Origin: Escherichia coli | GTDB lineage: Bacteria; Pseudomonadota; Gammaproteobacteria; Enterobacterales; Enterobacteriaceae | DNA: 64,000 nucleotides | Direction: 5' to 3' (one strand) | Assembly: GCF_011045215.1 (NCBI RefSeq) | Contig: NZ_CP049202.1 | Shown: in pieces, positions 30,912 through 40,620 of the stretch | Layout of the letters: each line of letters starts with the position of its first letter | How positions within the stretch are numbered: the stretch's first letter is position 1 | Notes under the pieces: generated by a model | Told to the model about the DNA's origin: nothing | Seen by the model: the letters and a program-made list of their open reading frames with translations, nothing else | Databases searched by the model: none | Program-made: the position numbers and the translations under genes

Positions 30912-31427
30912 TTAATTAATACGTGGTTTTCCCCACGCAGACGGTTTAATAACAAAAAACACACTGGATGGCTGATGATAAACATCCTGATTATCAATAT
31001 AAGGCGCTATCCATAATGCTGCCGTCTGCTCACCCGTTCTTAGCGGACGGGGAGGCGTTACCGGCACAACTGAACTGACCGGAACAACCGTTTTCACTTC
31101 CCGGGCAGCGGTAAACAGCGGGCGTGGCGCCAGCAGTTTCTGCTCCGGAAGTGCCGTCACCGCAGGTCTGCTGCCGGACGGAGTGGTCGCGGTGACGGTC
31201 TGCACCGGCATTGTCCGGAAGTTCCCTTCAGCCAGGCGCGGCAGTGATGCCGCAACCGGCTTTGCTTCTGAGGACTGCTCCAGTTTTTTGGCCTTATCAT
31301 TGGCCTGCTCCATCGTCATACAGGTATCGGATGTGGTGGCGTTACACTCAAATTCCGTACTGGTTCCGGCACAGCCGGAAAGTAATAAGGTCCCCAGCAG
31401 AGGAATAAATAAAGAAATCTGTTTCAT
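30912..31427 (-). CDS. traV: TraV outer-membrane lipoprotein (171 aa)
   Basis: Lipobox LLSGCAG; size and position as F TraV. Confidence 0.85.
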   Translation of the reverse strand: MKQISLFIPLLGTLLLSGCAGTSTEFECNATTSDTCMTMEQANDKAKKLEQSSEAKPVAASLPRLAEGNFRTMPVQTVTATTPSGSRPAVTALPEQKLLAPRPLFTAAREVKTVVPVSSVVPVTPPRPLRTGEQTAALWIAPYIDNQDVYHQPSSVFFVIKPSAWGKPRIN

Positions 31428-31675
31428 TGTCCCTCACCTTTCTCATCGCAGTTCACAAAATCATTCTTCAAATCCCTGACCGTACAGGTTTTTACAATGT
31501 CAGGATTTTCAAAAACCGTACTCCGTGATGATTTATAAACATATGCCACAATGCGTTTCCCACCCGCATCAGGTTCTGGTGCACTGACTTCACATAACGG
31601 AGGTGTTATTCCGGACTCATACAGCACCGGATAATTTATTTTTTTGACGCTGCCATCAGAAACCAGCTTATTCAT
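31424..31675 (-). CDS. trbG: TrbG-like small protein (83 aa)
   Basis: 83-aa ORF immediately upstream of traV, matching F trbG size and position. Confidence 0.45.
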   Translation of the reverse strand: MNKLVSDGSVKKINYPVLYESGITPPLCEVSAPEPDAGGKRIVAYVYKSSRSTVFENPDIVKTCTVRDLKNDFVNCDEKGEGQ

Positions 31676-32078
31676 CGAAGGGGTCCTTATATTTCTGAAT
31701 AATTCTGTCGATTAGTTCTTTCACCGGAACAGATTTTCCGCCACCGGATTGTCCGGCAACCACAATATGCCCCGGAGAAGAAAATAAACTCATCGACATA
31801 CCCTTCTTCATCACACCGACAGCAGCCATATTAAAATTGTCCGGCAATGACTCAGAACCGAATTTCTCCGGTGCAGGAAGGACGATTCTTGTGGCGCAGT
31901 TACTGAGAACAGCATGAATAAAATCATCTGACACGGTTTTACCCGGCACAGAGAGGGCTGTAATAACATTAATATTACGCATGTTCATTTTTATCTCCGT
32001 TGTTTCTGATTGTTCTGTCATCAGGGAAATAAACATGGCATTCCCTGATTTTTCCCGGCAGGGAAGTGTCTTCTGCAA
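31668..32078 (-). CDS. Hypothetical ORF with a P-loop-like GQSGGGKS motif (true start unclear)
   Basis: Walker A-like string in a small ORF between the traP-like gene and trbG; could be a trbD-region frame. Confidence 0.3.
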   Translation of the reverse strand: MQKTLPCREKSGNAMFISLMTEQSETTEIKMNMRNINVITALSVPGKTVSDDFIHAVLSNCATRIVLPAPEKFGSESLPDNFNMAAVGVMKKGMSMSLFSSPGHIVVAGQSGGGKSVPVKELIDRIIQKYKDPFDE

Positions 32079-32220
32079 GAACTTCCTTCAGACGCTCATC
32101 TGCAGTTGCCACCCGGACACATTTCATTTTTCCGGGTCGCATCGGATATTTTCCGGAGATCACCGCCAGCGAGACATACATCAGTGCCAGCGTTGCCCAT
32201 AATGCGGTGAACAGTTGCAT
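31975..32220 (-). CDS. trbD: TrbD-like small hydrophobic protein (candidate)
   Basis: Small hydrophobic ORF between the traP-like gene and trbG; assignment by position only. Confidence 0.3.
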   Translation of the reverse strand: MQLFTALWATLALMYVSLAVISGKYPMRPGKMKCVRVATADERLKEVLAEDTSLPGKIRECHVYFPDDRTIRNNGDKNEHA

Positions 32221-32226
32221 CAGAGA

Positions 32227-32565
32227 CTAGTCAGTCTCCCTGGCATATTCTGCAGCATCCCCCCGGCGAAAACCGCACGTTACAGACGGAGGCATCGCTA
32301 AATCGGAACCAAAACTGTTCGAGCAGTATCGGACCGGATACAGCCCGGCTGGCGTTCTGCCCCTTACAAACTCGATCTCCTGAACCAGCAATTTCCCCGG
32401 TGTGGTGTTGTCCTTCCATAAAACAAACAGAGCCATCAGGGCCATTGTGGCCAGTGGCAGAATGACGGCGTATTTCAGACACCAGAACAGTCCTCGCAGA
32501 ACCCGGGCGACAACATACCGGGCGGCATGGCCCGCCTGACGGGACGACGTATTATTTGCCATCAT
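32227..32565 (-). CDS. traP: TraP-like inner-membrane protein (112 aa)
   Basis: N-terminal TM; immediately downstream of traB, overlapping its stop; shorter than F TraP. Confidence 0.4.
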   Translation of the reverse strand: MMANNTSSRQAGHAARYVVARVLRGLFWCLKYAVILPLATMALMALFVLWKDNTTPGKLLVQEIEFVRGRTPAGLYPVRYCSNSFGSDLAMPPSVTCGFRRGDAAEYARETD

Positions 32566-33979
32566 TGCCCCCTCCCTGACTGCCGGACATAAACTGCTGC
32601 GGATTCAGGTTGCCCAGTTGCTTCAGCATCTGGTCAGTATTAAAGCCGTTAAGATGACTTTCAGCTGATGGCGGAACAGGAACCGGACTTTCCGGATTGT
32701 CTTCTTCCGCTCTGCTCTGCGTGCGTTCCAGCGCCATCTCTTCCACGGTTTTCAGCTGGAAGCCGTCCTGGAACACCACGGTCACTTCGTTGCCCGCACC
32801 AATCGGTATCACCGGGTGATACTGTTCGGCACGTTTGATGTAGTAGTCACTTAGCGTCTGTGCGGCTTTCGATGCGCCGCCACCGATACCCATTTTAAGG
32901 ACATCGCCGACCCCGTAAGCAGCAGTGGCACCCAGCCCGACAGCCGGCTGGGAGGCGCGCTCCATTCCCTGACCGATACCGTCAACAAATCCCGCGCCCC
33001 ATGCCCAGCCGAGGATTTTGCCGTTACGCATCACCACTTCGCCCTTGATACCGTTTTTACCCCGGAAGCTGACATGCCCCTTAATCGGCATATCAATGGT
33101 TTTGCCGTCCTTCAGGCAGCTGATATTGCGGGTGCGTACAATGGCACGCTCACTGGACACATCCCCCCAGGCTTCCAGACCCACAAAACATCCCGTTGCG
33201 TCATACGTCTTGCTGTTCGGCATTTCCACCAGGCCGGTGATACGCAGCTGCATCGGCACCGTGGATTCATTACCGGTGACAGAGGCATTGGCATCAGCCC
33301 CTTCAATCAGCATGGCTTTCGCAAAACTTCCTGACGGAATGTACGGCAGTGATGGTCCCTGTTTTCCCTCATTACGGGTAAACACCTTACGCTGTATCCG
33401 GTTAGGTACCGGCACAGACTGGTACGTCACCTGTGGTGGTGGCGTGACACCATTCCCGGGATAAAACGCCGTCGGCGGTGGAACAGCAACGCTGCCCTGC
33501 GGCGGGAAGGATACGGGGGTGTTTCCTGGCTGTGGTTCGCCTTCCGGGCCGGGCGGTGAGGCAGGCATCTGCGGTACAGGCTCACCGGTCGCCGTGACGG
33601 GATTAGCACCCAGGGCTTTTACCTGCTCTGCCAGGGCGGCATTGTCCTGTCCCAGCTTTTCAATACGACGCTGGTCATCACCGCGCTGTTTGTTCAGAAC
33701 ATCCAGCTCACGACGGATTTCCTCATACTGCTTCTGCATCTGCGCTGCCGTCACCTGCATCTCGGTGGTGGCATGCTGACGCACCTTGTCATCAAAGGTC
33801 GTATCCACCACACCGGTCATATCCGGCACAGGCTCCTGTTCAGCCACGGTTTCACCGTTACCGGACATGTCCACATCAGACAGATACAGTGCCCCACCAA
33901 TCGCGGAGGCTGTACCGACAACCACAATCCCCAGCCACAGGTACTGCTTGCGTTTCACAATGGTATTGATACTGGCCAT
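32552..33979 (-). CDS. traB: TraB (VirB10-like), 475 aa
   Basis: 475 aa as in F; N-terminal TM, coiled coil, Pro-rich linker, conserved C-terminal domain. Confidence 0.9.
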   Translation of the reverse strand: MASINTIVKRKQYLWLGIVVVGTASAIGGALYLSDVDMSGNGETVAEQEPVPDMTGVVDTTFDDKVRQHATTEMQVTAAQMQKQYEEIRRELDVLNKQRGDDQRRIEKLGQDNAALAEQVKALGANPVTATGEPVPQMPASPPGPEGEPQPGNTPVSFPPQGSVAVPPPTAFYPGNGVTPPPQVTYQSVPVPNRIQRKVFTRNEGKQGPSLPYIPSGSFAKAMLIEGADANASVTGNESTVPMQLRITGLVEMPNSKTYDATGCFVGLEAWGDVSSERAIVRTRNISCLKDGKTIDMPIKGHVSFRGKNGIKGEVVMRNGKILGWAWGAGFVDGIGQGMERASQPAVGLGATAAYGVGDVLKMGIGGGASKAAQTLSDYYIKRAEQYHPVIPIGAGNEVTVVFQDGFQLKTVEEMALERTQSRAEEDNPESPVPVPPSAESHLNGFNTDQMLKQLGNLNPQQFMSGSQGGGNDGK

Positions 33980-34707
33980 CAGTTGCCCTCCCCGTCACGG
34001 ATGACATACACATCCATGCGCGCACCTGCCAGTAACTGGCTGGCAGGCTGGCTGAACATCACGGCACGGGTTCCCGGCTGCCAGAAGTCACTTTCCCGGA
34101 TATTCAGGGCAGACAGCGTTTTATTTTCCACGGCAAAGCGGACCATCTTCAGGTGATTCCCCGTCCATACGGCATCTGCCACTGAAGACAGCCCCGCCGG
34201 GGCCTGCAGGGTTTCCTTTGTCACCGGGACCTGATACCAGCCTGCGGGTAATTTTCCGCCACGGACGGCCTGGCTGATGGTCACAAGCAGGGATTCGTAA
34301 GGCGTGGACGTTTCCCACGCACCGGCTTCTTCTCCGGTTCCGCGCAGGTCACTGACCAGCTGAATGGTACGCCCCGCGCCTTCACGGGGAACGGCCTGAA
34401 TGGAAAGATTCAGACCACGTTCTGTTTCCAGAATGAACGTAAAGGGCTTTTTGTTGACGGTGGCAACCACCACACCGCCGGAGGCGGTCTGCTCATTATT
34501 GGTCAGGGCACCATCCAGACTGTTCACGGCGATAATCCGGTCACCGGGAACGGTAAACAGATTCGGGCTGGTATTGCTGATGGCAATACTGGCCTGACCA
34601 CCGTTCACCATTGGCACCACGGTGGGGGCCAGCGTACCGTTTGCGGCCATCACGCTGCAGGAAAAAAACAGGCTGCCGAATATTATTGCCGTATTATTTT
34701 TTCTCAT
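33979..34707 (-). CDS. traK: TraK (VirB9-like secretin-associated), 242 aa
   Basis: 242 aa with signal peptide; stop overlaps traB start. Confidence 0.85.
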   Translation of the reverse strand: MRKNNTAIIFGSLFFSCSVMAANGTLAPTVVPMVNGGQASIAISNTSPNLFTVPGDRIIAVNSLDGALTNNEQTASGGVVVATVNKKPFTFILETERGLNLSIQAVPREGAGRTIQLVSDLRGTGEEAGAWETSTPYESLLVTISQAVRGGKLPAGWYQVPVTKETLQAPAGLSSVADAVWTGNHLKMVRFAVENKTLSALNIRESDFWQPGTRAVMFSQPASQLLAGARMDVYVIRDGEGN

Positions 34708-35260
34708 CGTCTGTTTCCCCGAAATTATCCAGCCAGGTCACCCCGTTTTCCCGCTTCAGAATAAGGATGTAATGTTTGATATCAGTGAAAGGTTTTGAAT
34801 CACCAATCCAGGTTTTAAGCACACCACGAATTTCCACACGGCCATACTGAGGCCAGACACGAACACTGGTCTGGAAAAAGGCTGAGTTCACGTTATCGTT
34901 TTTAATACGCTTCGCTTCTTCAGCCAGAATAACTTTCATCTGGTTCTGTGCGCCCGGACGGATATATTGCAGAAGCGCCTGATGTGAGGCATCGACGGTT
35001 TCTGATGAAACATTCAGGCGGAGGGCAATAAATGACAGCGCCATCTGCTGTAAATAAGAGGCATCTGCACTATTCTGCGACACGGCAAAGGGGGCATTAA
35101 ATGCCATTGGCGTCACGGCAGTGCGTTGCTCATTCTGAAGACGGTAGTTATTCACCCCCTGAATGACGTTAACAGAGAGGCTGAGAACAATAAGCACTGA
35201 CATAAATATAAAGGCGATGGCCATTACACGACTGGTACTTAAACGGGCACCGTGTTCCAT
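34694..35260 (-). CDS. traE: TraE (VirB5/VirB8-like), 188 aa
   Basis: 188 aa with N-terminal TM; position between traL and traK. Confidence 0.85.
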   Translation of the reverse strand: MEHGARLSTSRVMAIAFIFMSVLIVLSLSVNVIQGVNNYRLQNEQRTAVTPMAFNAPFAVSQNSADASYLQQMALSFIALRLNVSSETVDASHQALLQYIRPGAQNQMKVILAEEAKRIKNDNVNSAFFQTSVRVWPQYGRVEIRGVLKTWIGDSKPFTDIKHYILILKRENGVTWLDNFGETDDEKK

Positions 35261-35281
35261 ATAACAATCCTGGTATCAGTT

Positions 35282-35593
35282 CTATTTAATCCACTGCCGG
35301 AAACACGAATCGGGAATATTATGAAAAATACCGCGCAGCAGGGCTGTTGGCATATACCAGTAAATCAGGTCACGTAACCAGGAACTGCCCCGCCCCTTTT
35401 TCAGTTTTTTAATCCCGAAATAAACCAGAACCGCTGCACCAATACCGAACAGATATTTCGATGTTGTGATACCCCAGCCAGTACAGATTGCTGCGGGTAT
35501 CAGTTCATCCAGTGGCAGGCCAAAGTAGCGGCTCTGGTTGGTCAGTGTTTCCGGGAAACGATATTTCTTAAGTTTATTCTCGTCTCCCGACAT
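35282..35593 (-). CDS. traL: TraL (VirB3-like), small membrane protein
   Basis: Small hydrophobic ORF directly after traA. Confidence 0.75.
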   Translation of the reverse strand: MSGDENKLKKYRFPETLTNQSRYFGLPLDELIPAAICTGWGITTSKYLFGIGAAVLVYFGIKKLKKGRGSSWLRDLIYWYMPTALLRGIFHNIPDSCFRQWIK

Positions 35594-35607
35594 CGTTTTA
35601 TTTCCTG

Positions 35608-35967
35608 TCAGAGGCCAACGACGGCCATACCCACAGCAATAAATACAGAAATGATGGCAAAACCGGCCAGGAACTTGACGTTTTTGGTCATCATGTACAT
35701 GACCGCACCGACCAGAACTTCAGCCAGAACAACCCATTTAACAACACTGGAGTCCTTACCGAAGGTCGCCTTAACCGTGGTGTTACCGCTTGCCATCAGG
35801 TCCTGGCCCTGTGCTGCCATTGCCAGCTGCGGGAAGAACATCATCAGAACAGCAGCCGGGATCACAGCGCGAACCAGGCGAAGCATATTCAGACGAGTGA
35901 ATTTAGAAAAAAACGACTTCTTTTTGACGGGCGCAGAAGCACCCTGAACACTTAAAACGGCGTCCAT
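35608..35967 (-). CDS. traA: TraA propilin (119 aa); predicted mature N-terminus [10 protein letters not shown]...
   Basis: Leader ...FFPQLAMA followed by a mature pilin nearly identical to F pilin apart from the N-terminal residues. Confidence 0.93.
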   Translation of the reverse strand: MDAVLSVQGASAPVKKKSFFSKFTRLNMLRLVRAVIPAAVLMMFFPQLAMAAQGQDLMASGNTTVKATFGKDSSVVKWVVLAEVLVGAVMYMMTKNVKFLAGFAIISVFIAVGMAVVGL

Positions 35968-36009
35968 ATGATTCCTCTGTTTAATATTGATAGTAAAAAA
36001 TAAAACTCT

Positions 36010-36225
36010 TTATATATCGTCTATGTCTTCAGCTTCCTCCTTTACTAAAGATGCATTATAAAAGTCGGGAAAACGATTGAGATGATCTTTTAGTCTAATG
36101 AACACCTCATTAGTTTTTGTTCTTCCGCTACGATCCCTGGCTGCTAAAAGTTTCTGATTAGTTGTCTCATCCAGTATTAATAAGACTTTGTTACCTGGTG
36201 CGGCTCTGGTTCTCCCTCTGCTCAC
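36010..36225 (-). CDS. traY: TraY ribbon-helix-helix oriT-binding / PY activator (short, about 71 aa form)
   Basis: Small basic ORF between traJ and traA; RHH-like segment; short form as in R100-type plasmids. Confidence 0.6.
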   Translation of the reverse strand: MSRGRTRAAPGNKVLLILDETTNQKLLAARDRSGRTKTNEVFIRLKDHLNRFPDFYNASLVKEEAEDIDDI

Positions 36226-36360
36226 GTTCCCTCCGCATAATTACTTGAGATAATAAAATATAATCATATAAATCATCTTTAATGAAAACAAAAATAGAGT
36301 AAATTATATTAACAAAAACGGGAACCAATGGTTCCCGCAAAATAACAAAAAGTTAACAGC

Positions 36361-37008
36361 TTATCTTCCCAATATTTCTTTTACTTTAGCATATAAAGGA
36401 AGTATCTTTTCCGTTCTAATCATTTCATCCAACCAGAGATCTCTAGAACTAAATCCATATCGTTTAAATAATTTCATGGTTTTCTTCTTTGATTTAGACA
36501 CAGTGATGTTCATCTTTGCTGATGAATAATGATGGCTAAACCCTATCAGATATGGCTCAATGCCTACATATTCATCAGAGGGTACAATTAATTCATTGGA
36601 GTATTTAGACACAACAAACGATGACAGATTATCATTTGCTACCCAAATAAACCTCCAGATGAAGAAATAGCCGCATGGTGTTATAACACTTTCTATGATC
36701 ACACTCCATAACGTATTATTAAGTAATATGTCATTATTACAATTTACACCATAAATAGAAGAGCATGATTCAATCTCTGCTCTGGATAACTGTAATTTAC
36801 ATTCCAACGTTAAACTATCAAACCATTCATCACATGAATTAAAGGACGATCTGATAAGTTTTTCAAAGCAGTTATTTTCCTTAATAAAAGAACCATCCTC
36901 GAAGCGGATACATACAGGATATTTTAAAAACGAAATAGCCTCTCCAAGACTATGAGGGAAATGCAATTGACTGATGAGTGCTCTTTCTCTACGATCCATC
37001 GCACACAT
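36361..37008 (-). CDS. traJ: TraJ-type activator of the tra operon (about 215 aa from ATG with GGAGG RBS)
   Basis: AT-rich ORF between traM and traY; strong RBS at the chosen ATG; the upstream in-frame extension contains the FinP-target hairpin; identity by position, sequence is divergent. Confidence 0.6.
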   Translation of the reverse strand: MCAMDRRERALISQLHFPHSLGEAISFLKYPVCIRFEDGSFIKENNCFEKLIRSSFNSCDEWFDSLTLECKLQLSRAEIESCSSIYGVNCNNDILLNNTLWSVIIESVITPCGYFFIWRFIWVANDNLSSFVVSKYSNELIVPSDEYVGIEPYLIGFSHHYSSAKMNITVSKSKKKTMKLFKRYGFSSRDLWLDEMIRTEKILPLYAKVKEILGR

Positions 37009-37085
37009 AGGAACCTCCGTTAAGGATTCTATGGACAGTCGATGCAGGGAGTGGCTGCTCCCTGCATCGGCGATTTTCAGTTTCA
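37005..37085 (+). ncRNA. finP: FinP antisense RNA (approximate), complementary to the traJ leader
   Basis: Perfect 12-bp stem / 6-nt loop hairpin (~37040..37069) immediately upstream of the traJ RBS, where FinP is encoded in F-like plasmids. Confidence 0.4.
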
Positions 37086-37198
37086 ATTTTTAACGTGGCA
37101 TTAACCACGTAATCAATATACTAATTATTCTGATTATTGTCATCAGTTCGAACCATAAAAAACTCTGATATTTGAACAAAGTCAAAATTTATTTCCCT

Positions 37199-37582
37199 TT
37201 ATTCATCATCATTTTTTGGAAAGAACCTTTCCATCTCAACCGACACCTTCTCTCTGATATCTTCAACCATATTGGCATATTCAAACTTCGGGTTTCCGGA
37301 AACATGAGGGCTAAGAGACTCAATACCTAAAATCTTTGCCACTGTTGACTGCGTTTTTACAACACATTCAAGAAGAAGTTTATTAAACTCTGCCTGATTA
37401 AATGCTGATTCTTTTCGTTCCATCTGCGCTTCATAAACTCGCAATCCTAACTCAAGCAACATAGAGGCAATACTTGAATAACTAACATCTTTCTCTTTTG
37501 CTCCCTCTGCTCGCCTCTGCACAGCAATAGCATTTATTTTTTCAGACACATGGTCATTAACATAAACCTGAATTTTGGCCAT
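37199..37582 (-). CDS. traM: TraM relaxosome accessory protein (127 aa)
   Basis: Translation matches remembered TraM (MAKIQVYVNDHV...), 127 aa. Confidence 0.92.
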   Translation of the reverse strand: MAKIQVYVNDHVSEKINAIAVQRRAEGAKEKDVSYSSIASMLLELGLRVYEAQMERKESAFNQAEFNKLLLECVVKTQSTVAKILGIESLSPHVSGNPKFEYANMVEDIREKVSVEMERFFPKNDDE

Positions 37583-37900
37583 AACACACCTTATTTATCT
37601 TCCTAAACAAACAATATGTTTTCGTGCTCTCTATTCTTCACCTTACGACGAATCGCCATTAGATTCATCATACTAAAATTACGATTCACTATACGAATCA
37701 GCAATCATCAAATGACGAATCTAATATAGATTCACGCGCCAAGTAAATAGATGTTTTCAAAAAAATAGTCATTACTGAATCATTGACAATTCGTGATAGA
37801 TTCACTATCGAATCTATCACGAATCCCTGCAATATAATTCAAAATTATATAATATAAATACACTTCATTAATTACATGATTTAAAACACAAATCAGCAAA
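37583..37900. promoter_or_regulatory. traM promoter region with TraM binding-site-like (sbm) inverted repeats
   Basis: AT-rich region with repeated GATTCACTAT / CGAATC motifs in inverted orientation between traM and the nic site. Confidence 0.5.
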
Positions 37901-38000
37901 AACTTGTTTTTGCGTGGGGTGTGGTGCTTTTGGTGGTGAGAACCACCAACCTGTTGAGCCTTTTTGTGGAGTGGGTTAAATTATTTACGGATAAAGTCAC
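37900..38000 (+). other. oriT core; F-type nic site in GCGTGGGGTGT/GGTGCT (nick at about 37922/37923), plus-strand is the transferred strand
   Basis: Sequence TTTTTGCGTGGGGTGTGGTGCTTTTGGTGGTGAGAACCACCAACCTGTTGAGCC matches the F oriT nic region as remembered, including the GGTGGTGAGAACCACC inverted repeat. Confidence 0.8.
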
Positions 38001-38013
38001 CAGAGGTGGAAAA

Positions 38014-38523
38014 ATGAAAAAATGGATGTTAGCCATCTGCCTGATGTTTATAAATGAGATCTGCCATGCCAATGATTGCTTTGATCTTTCAGGCCGGGAT
38101 TACAAAATAGATCCTGATTTACTGAGAGCAATATCATGGAAAGAATCCCGTTACCGGGTTAATGCCATCGGTATTAATCCGGTAACGGGATATGGCAGCG
38201 GACTGATGCAGGTAGATTCCCAGCATTTTAACGAACTGGCCCGCTATGGAATTAATCCGGAACATCTGACAACAGATCCCTGCATGAACATTTATACCGG
38301 TGCTTATTATCTGGCAATAGCCTTTAAAAAATGGGGCGTCTCCTGGGAGGCCGTTGGTGCATACAATGCCGGATTCAGGAAGACCGAACGCCAGAACCAG
38401 AGACGTCTTGCCTACGCATCAGATGTTTACCGGATTTATACCGGGATAAAAAGCAGTAAAGGTATCCGGATTCCGGCCACGAAGAAATCACTTCCGGAAA
38501 TTAACAGCGTGCAGAACAATTAA
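38014..38523 (+). CDS. orf169 / gene X-type lytic transglycosylase (169 aa, signal peptide)
   Basis: Signal peptide and lytic-transglycosylase-like core; first leading-region gene beside oriT as in F; ATG with GAGGTGG RBS. Confidence 0.85.
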   Translation: MKKWMLAICLMFINEICHANDCFDLSGRDYKIDPDLLRAISWKESRYRVNAIGINPVTGYGSGLMQVDSQHFNELARYGINPEHLTTDPCMNIYTGAYYLAIAFKKWGVSWEAVGAYNAGFRKTERQNQRRLAYASDVYRIYTGIKSSKGIRIPATKKSLPEINSVQNN

Positions 38524-38768
38524 TCTTACAGACATTGTCAGATACCGGTTATGCCGCAAAAGCGGCATGGAAGGCCACACACAAAAATATCATATGAGTG
38601 ACAATACTGACTGGCCGAAGCCCCGCGAAGCGGGAACCCATCTTATATATACCCGGTAACTGCGCAGCCTCCTGCCAGACCATTTTTCGCGGGCACAATA
38701 TTTACAGACAACCGGAAAGCCAGTTGATGAAATTGAGGTATATCAGACGACACAGCGATGCCGAAGAA

Positions 38769-38821
38769 TGATAATATAAGTAAAGCCCCGAAAATTTTTC
38801 GGGGCTTTACTTATATTATCA
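38769..38821. terminator. Perfect 26-bp inverted repeat with 1-nt spacer; GC stem flanked by A/T runs, probable bidirectional terminator between convergent genes
   Basis: TGATAATATAAGTAAAGCCCCGAAAA-T-TTTTCGGGGCTTTACTTATATTATCA read directly from the sequence. Confidence 0.6.
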
Positions 38822-38941
38822 TGACTTCCACTTTCTGAACTGTTCGGCAATCACCCATAACGCCTTGTTGATTCTTATATCACCATCAATACCTGTAATG
38901 GCTCTTGTCCTAGTATTTTTCCCGGAGGCACTTTGCCCCGA

Positions 38942-39640
38942 TCATCCACCTTTTATCATATTCTCCTGAACCCGCTGCCAGGTTGTCCAGAGATCGTTCT
39001 GTTTATCCTCCCAACGATGGGGAGTAATTATCTGTTCAGGCGTCACTGGCGTTTTATTTTCATCTTCATACCTGACCATCAGTGCAGCTCTGCTAAATAA
39101 ATGTTGCTCGTCACTGTTAAGATGAATTTCTTTCATCGCCTCCATATTATCAGTGACCTTATCAAAGATACCGAGTACTTCATACGCTCCCTCGATAACC
39201 TGCTCGACAATATCACCTTTATGTGGAACGCGGATTTCGCCAAAATTATTTCCGCACACCAGGCCATTTGTGCAGACAAAACGAAAAATTCCGGGGATCA
39301 TCTGATAACTGGATGAACCATCATGTGAATTAAGCAGGATAATTTCAGGAACTTCCTGCCCGTTAATATGCCCTTCCCTGCGAAGACGTAACATATGTTT
39401 ACTGTATTCGCGACGTCCCAAATCACGAACCCGACTCTGACAGGCAAAGAATGGCTGGAAACCTTCATCACGTAACTTATTGATGATATTGATTGTTGGA
39501 ATATACGTATAACGTTCACTCCGGGACTCATGTTTATCACCGGAAAATACCGAAGGCACGAACTGCATTAATTCATCATCCGTTAAAGGACGTTCACGGC
39601 GGATGGAATTATACCGACCAAAACGGGAAGCTAATCGCAT
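38942..39640 (-). CDS. DUF932-family leading-region protein (orf273-like), possibly C-terminally truncated
   Basis: MRLASRFGRYNSIRRERPLTDDELMQF... resembles the conserved DUF932 protein next to orf169 in F-like leading regions; ATG at 39640 with AGGAG RBS; appears shorter than remembered homologues. Confidence 0.5.
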   Translation of the reverse strand: MRLASRFGRYNSIRRERPLTDDELMQFVPSVFSGDKHESRSERYTYIPTINIINKLRDEGFQPFFACQSRVRDLGRREYSKHMLRLRREGHINGQEVPEIILLNSHDGSSSYQMIPGIFRFVCTNGLVCGNNFGEIRVPHKGDIVEQVIEGAYEVLGIFDKVTDNMEAMKEIHLNSDEQHLFSRAALMVRYEDENKTPVTPEQIITPHRWEDKQNDLWTTWQRVQENMIKGG

Positions 39641-39758
39641 AACAGCTACTCCTTTATGAAAGAATAAATTTAATAAAAAATTTTTCCGCTTAATATCATC
39701 CCTCCTGGTCACCATTAACAAGATTGCAACAATCAGGAGGAATATTCATCACATCCAG

Positions 39759-40045
39759 TCAGCAGATCGCCCGGATATCGAGGCCGGCACGCTTAATCTG
39801 ACGCAGGAACTGTTTGAAGTGATCGGCTTCCGCAATGTTGATATGGCGGAACTGCGTATCCACACCCCGGCTGAGCGCGTAGCTATAGCTGAAGGCCATC
39901 TTTTCCGGGTGGCTTTTGCGATATTTTTTCAGCTCAGTCAGGCTGCTGAATTCTAGGACGTCCCACTCTTCCCCGGTGTTTTTTTCTTCCCGGCAACAAG
40001 AAGCGTGTACGACGCGGTGTTAACGTGGATATTTCGGGTACTCAT
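39759..40045 (-). pseudogene. Hypothetical leading-region gene (about 95 aa) interrupted by a frameshift at an A7 homopolymer
   Basis: ATG at 40045 with AGAGGAG RBS; reading frame breaks at GGGAAGAAAAAAACACC and resumes in another frame through to a stop; span is not a multiple of three. Confidence 0.4.
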
Positions 40046-40057
40046 CCTGCTTTCTCC

Positions 40058-40620
40058 TCTCTCTGGTTTTCAGCCCCCATCATCTTTTGAGTTTCGGGAG
40101 CCGCGGTTTTGACGTTTTGCGGGGACCTGCCTTTTGTTCCCTCCGGTATTCACCATCATCTTTTTGAGAACCTTCGCCGCAAGGGGCATCACTGCCACGG
40201 CCGGAAACGACTGTCCGGGGGCAGACCGCAAAAGTTTTTGCCTGCTTCTGGGCAAAAACTTTTGCGGGATGTGCATTTCACCCCTGGACTGGCGGAGACG
40301 GTTGTGGCTGTATCAGCCCCCGGCGACAGGGGATTAAACAGGTGAATGGCACCGGACAGAACAACGGGCAGGGACCCGCCGCAGCGACGTGAAGCGCGGT
40401 TTGCGAAACGGCGTTGCCCCTTACATCCCGGCGGCCTTTTGCCGGGATGCCGGGAGCGCAGGCCACGGCGCGACAGAGGCGGCGCGACCGGAACGGTCGC
40501 TGCAAGCCCGGGGTTTCGCGTCAGGGATGGAAGCCCGCCAGGGCGGAGACAGCTTCGCTGGCTCCGTTCACGACAGCCCGCCCCGCCAGGGGGACGCCCG
40601 GAAAAGGCATAAGCAGGAGA
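40058..40620. repeat. Frpo/ssi-like GC-rich structured element, copy 1 of a roughly 0.55-kb direct repeat
   Basis: Near-identical sequence recurs at ~45456..46000; contains internal inverted repeats (CCGCAAAAGTTTTTGCC...GGCAAAAACTTTTGCGG); lies upstream of a minus-strand leading gene. Confidence 0.55.

Noticed and set aside
36361-37086. Extended 241-aa TraJ frame starting at 37086
   Set aside because: The extension runs through the FinP-target hairpin, and the strong GGAGG RBS supports the downstream ATG at 37008.
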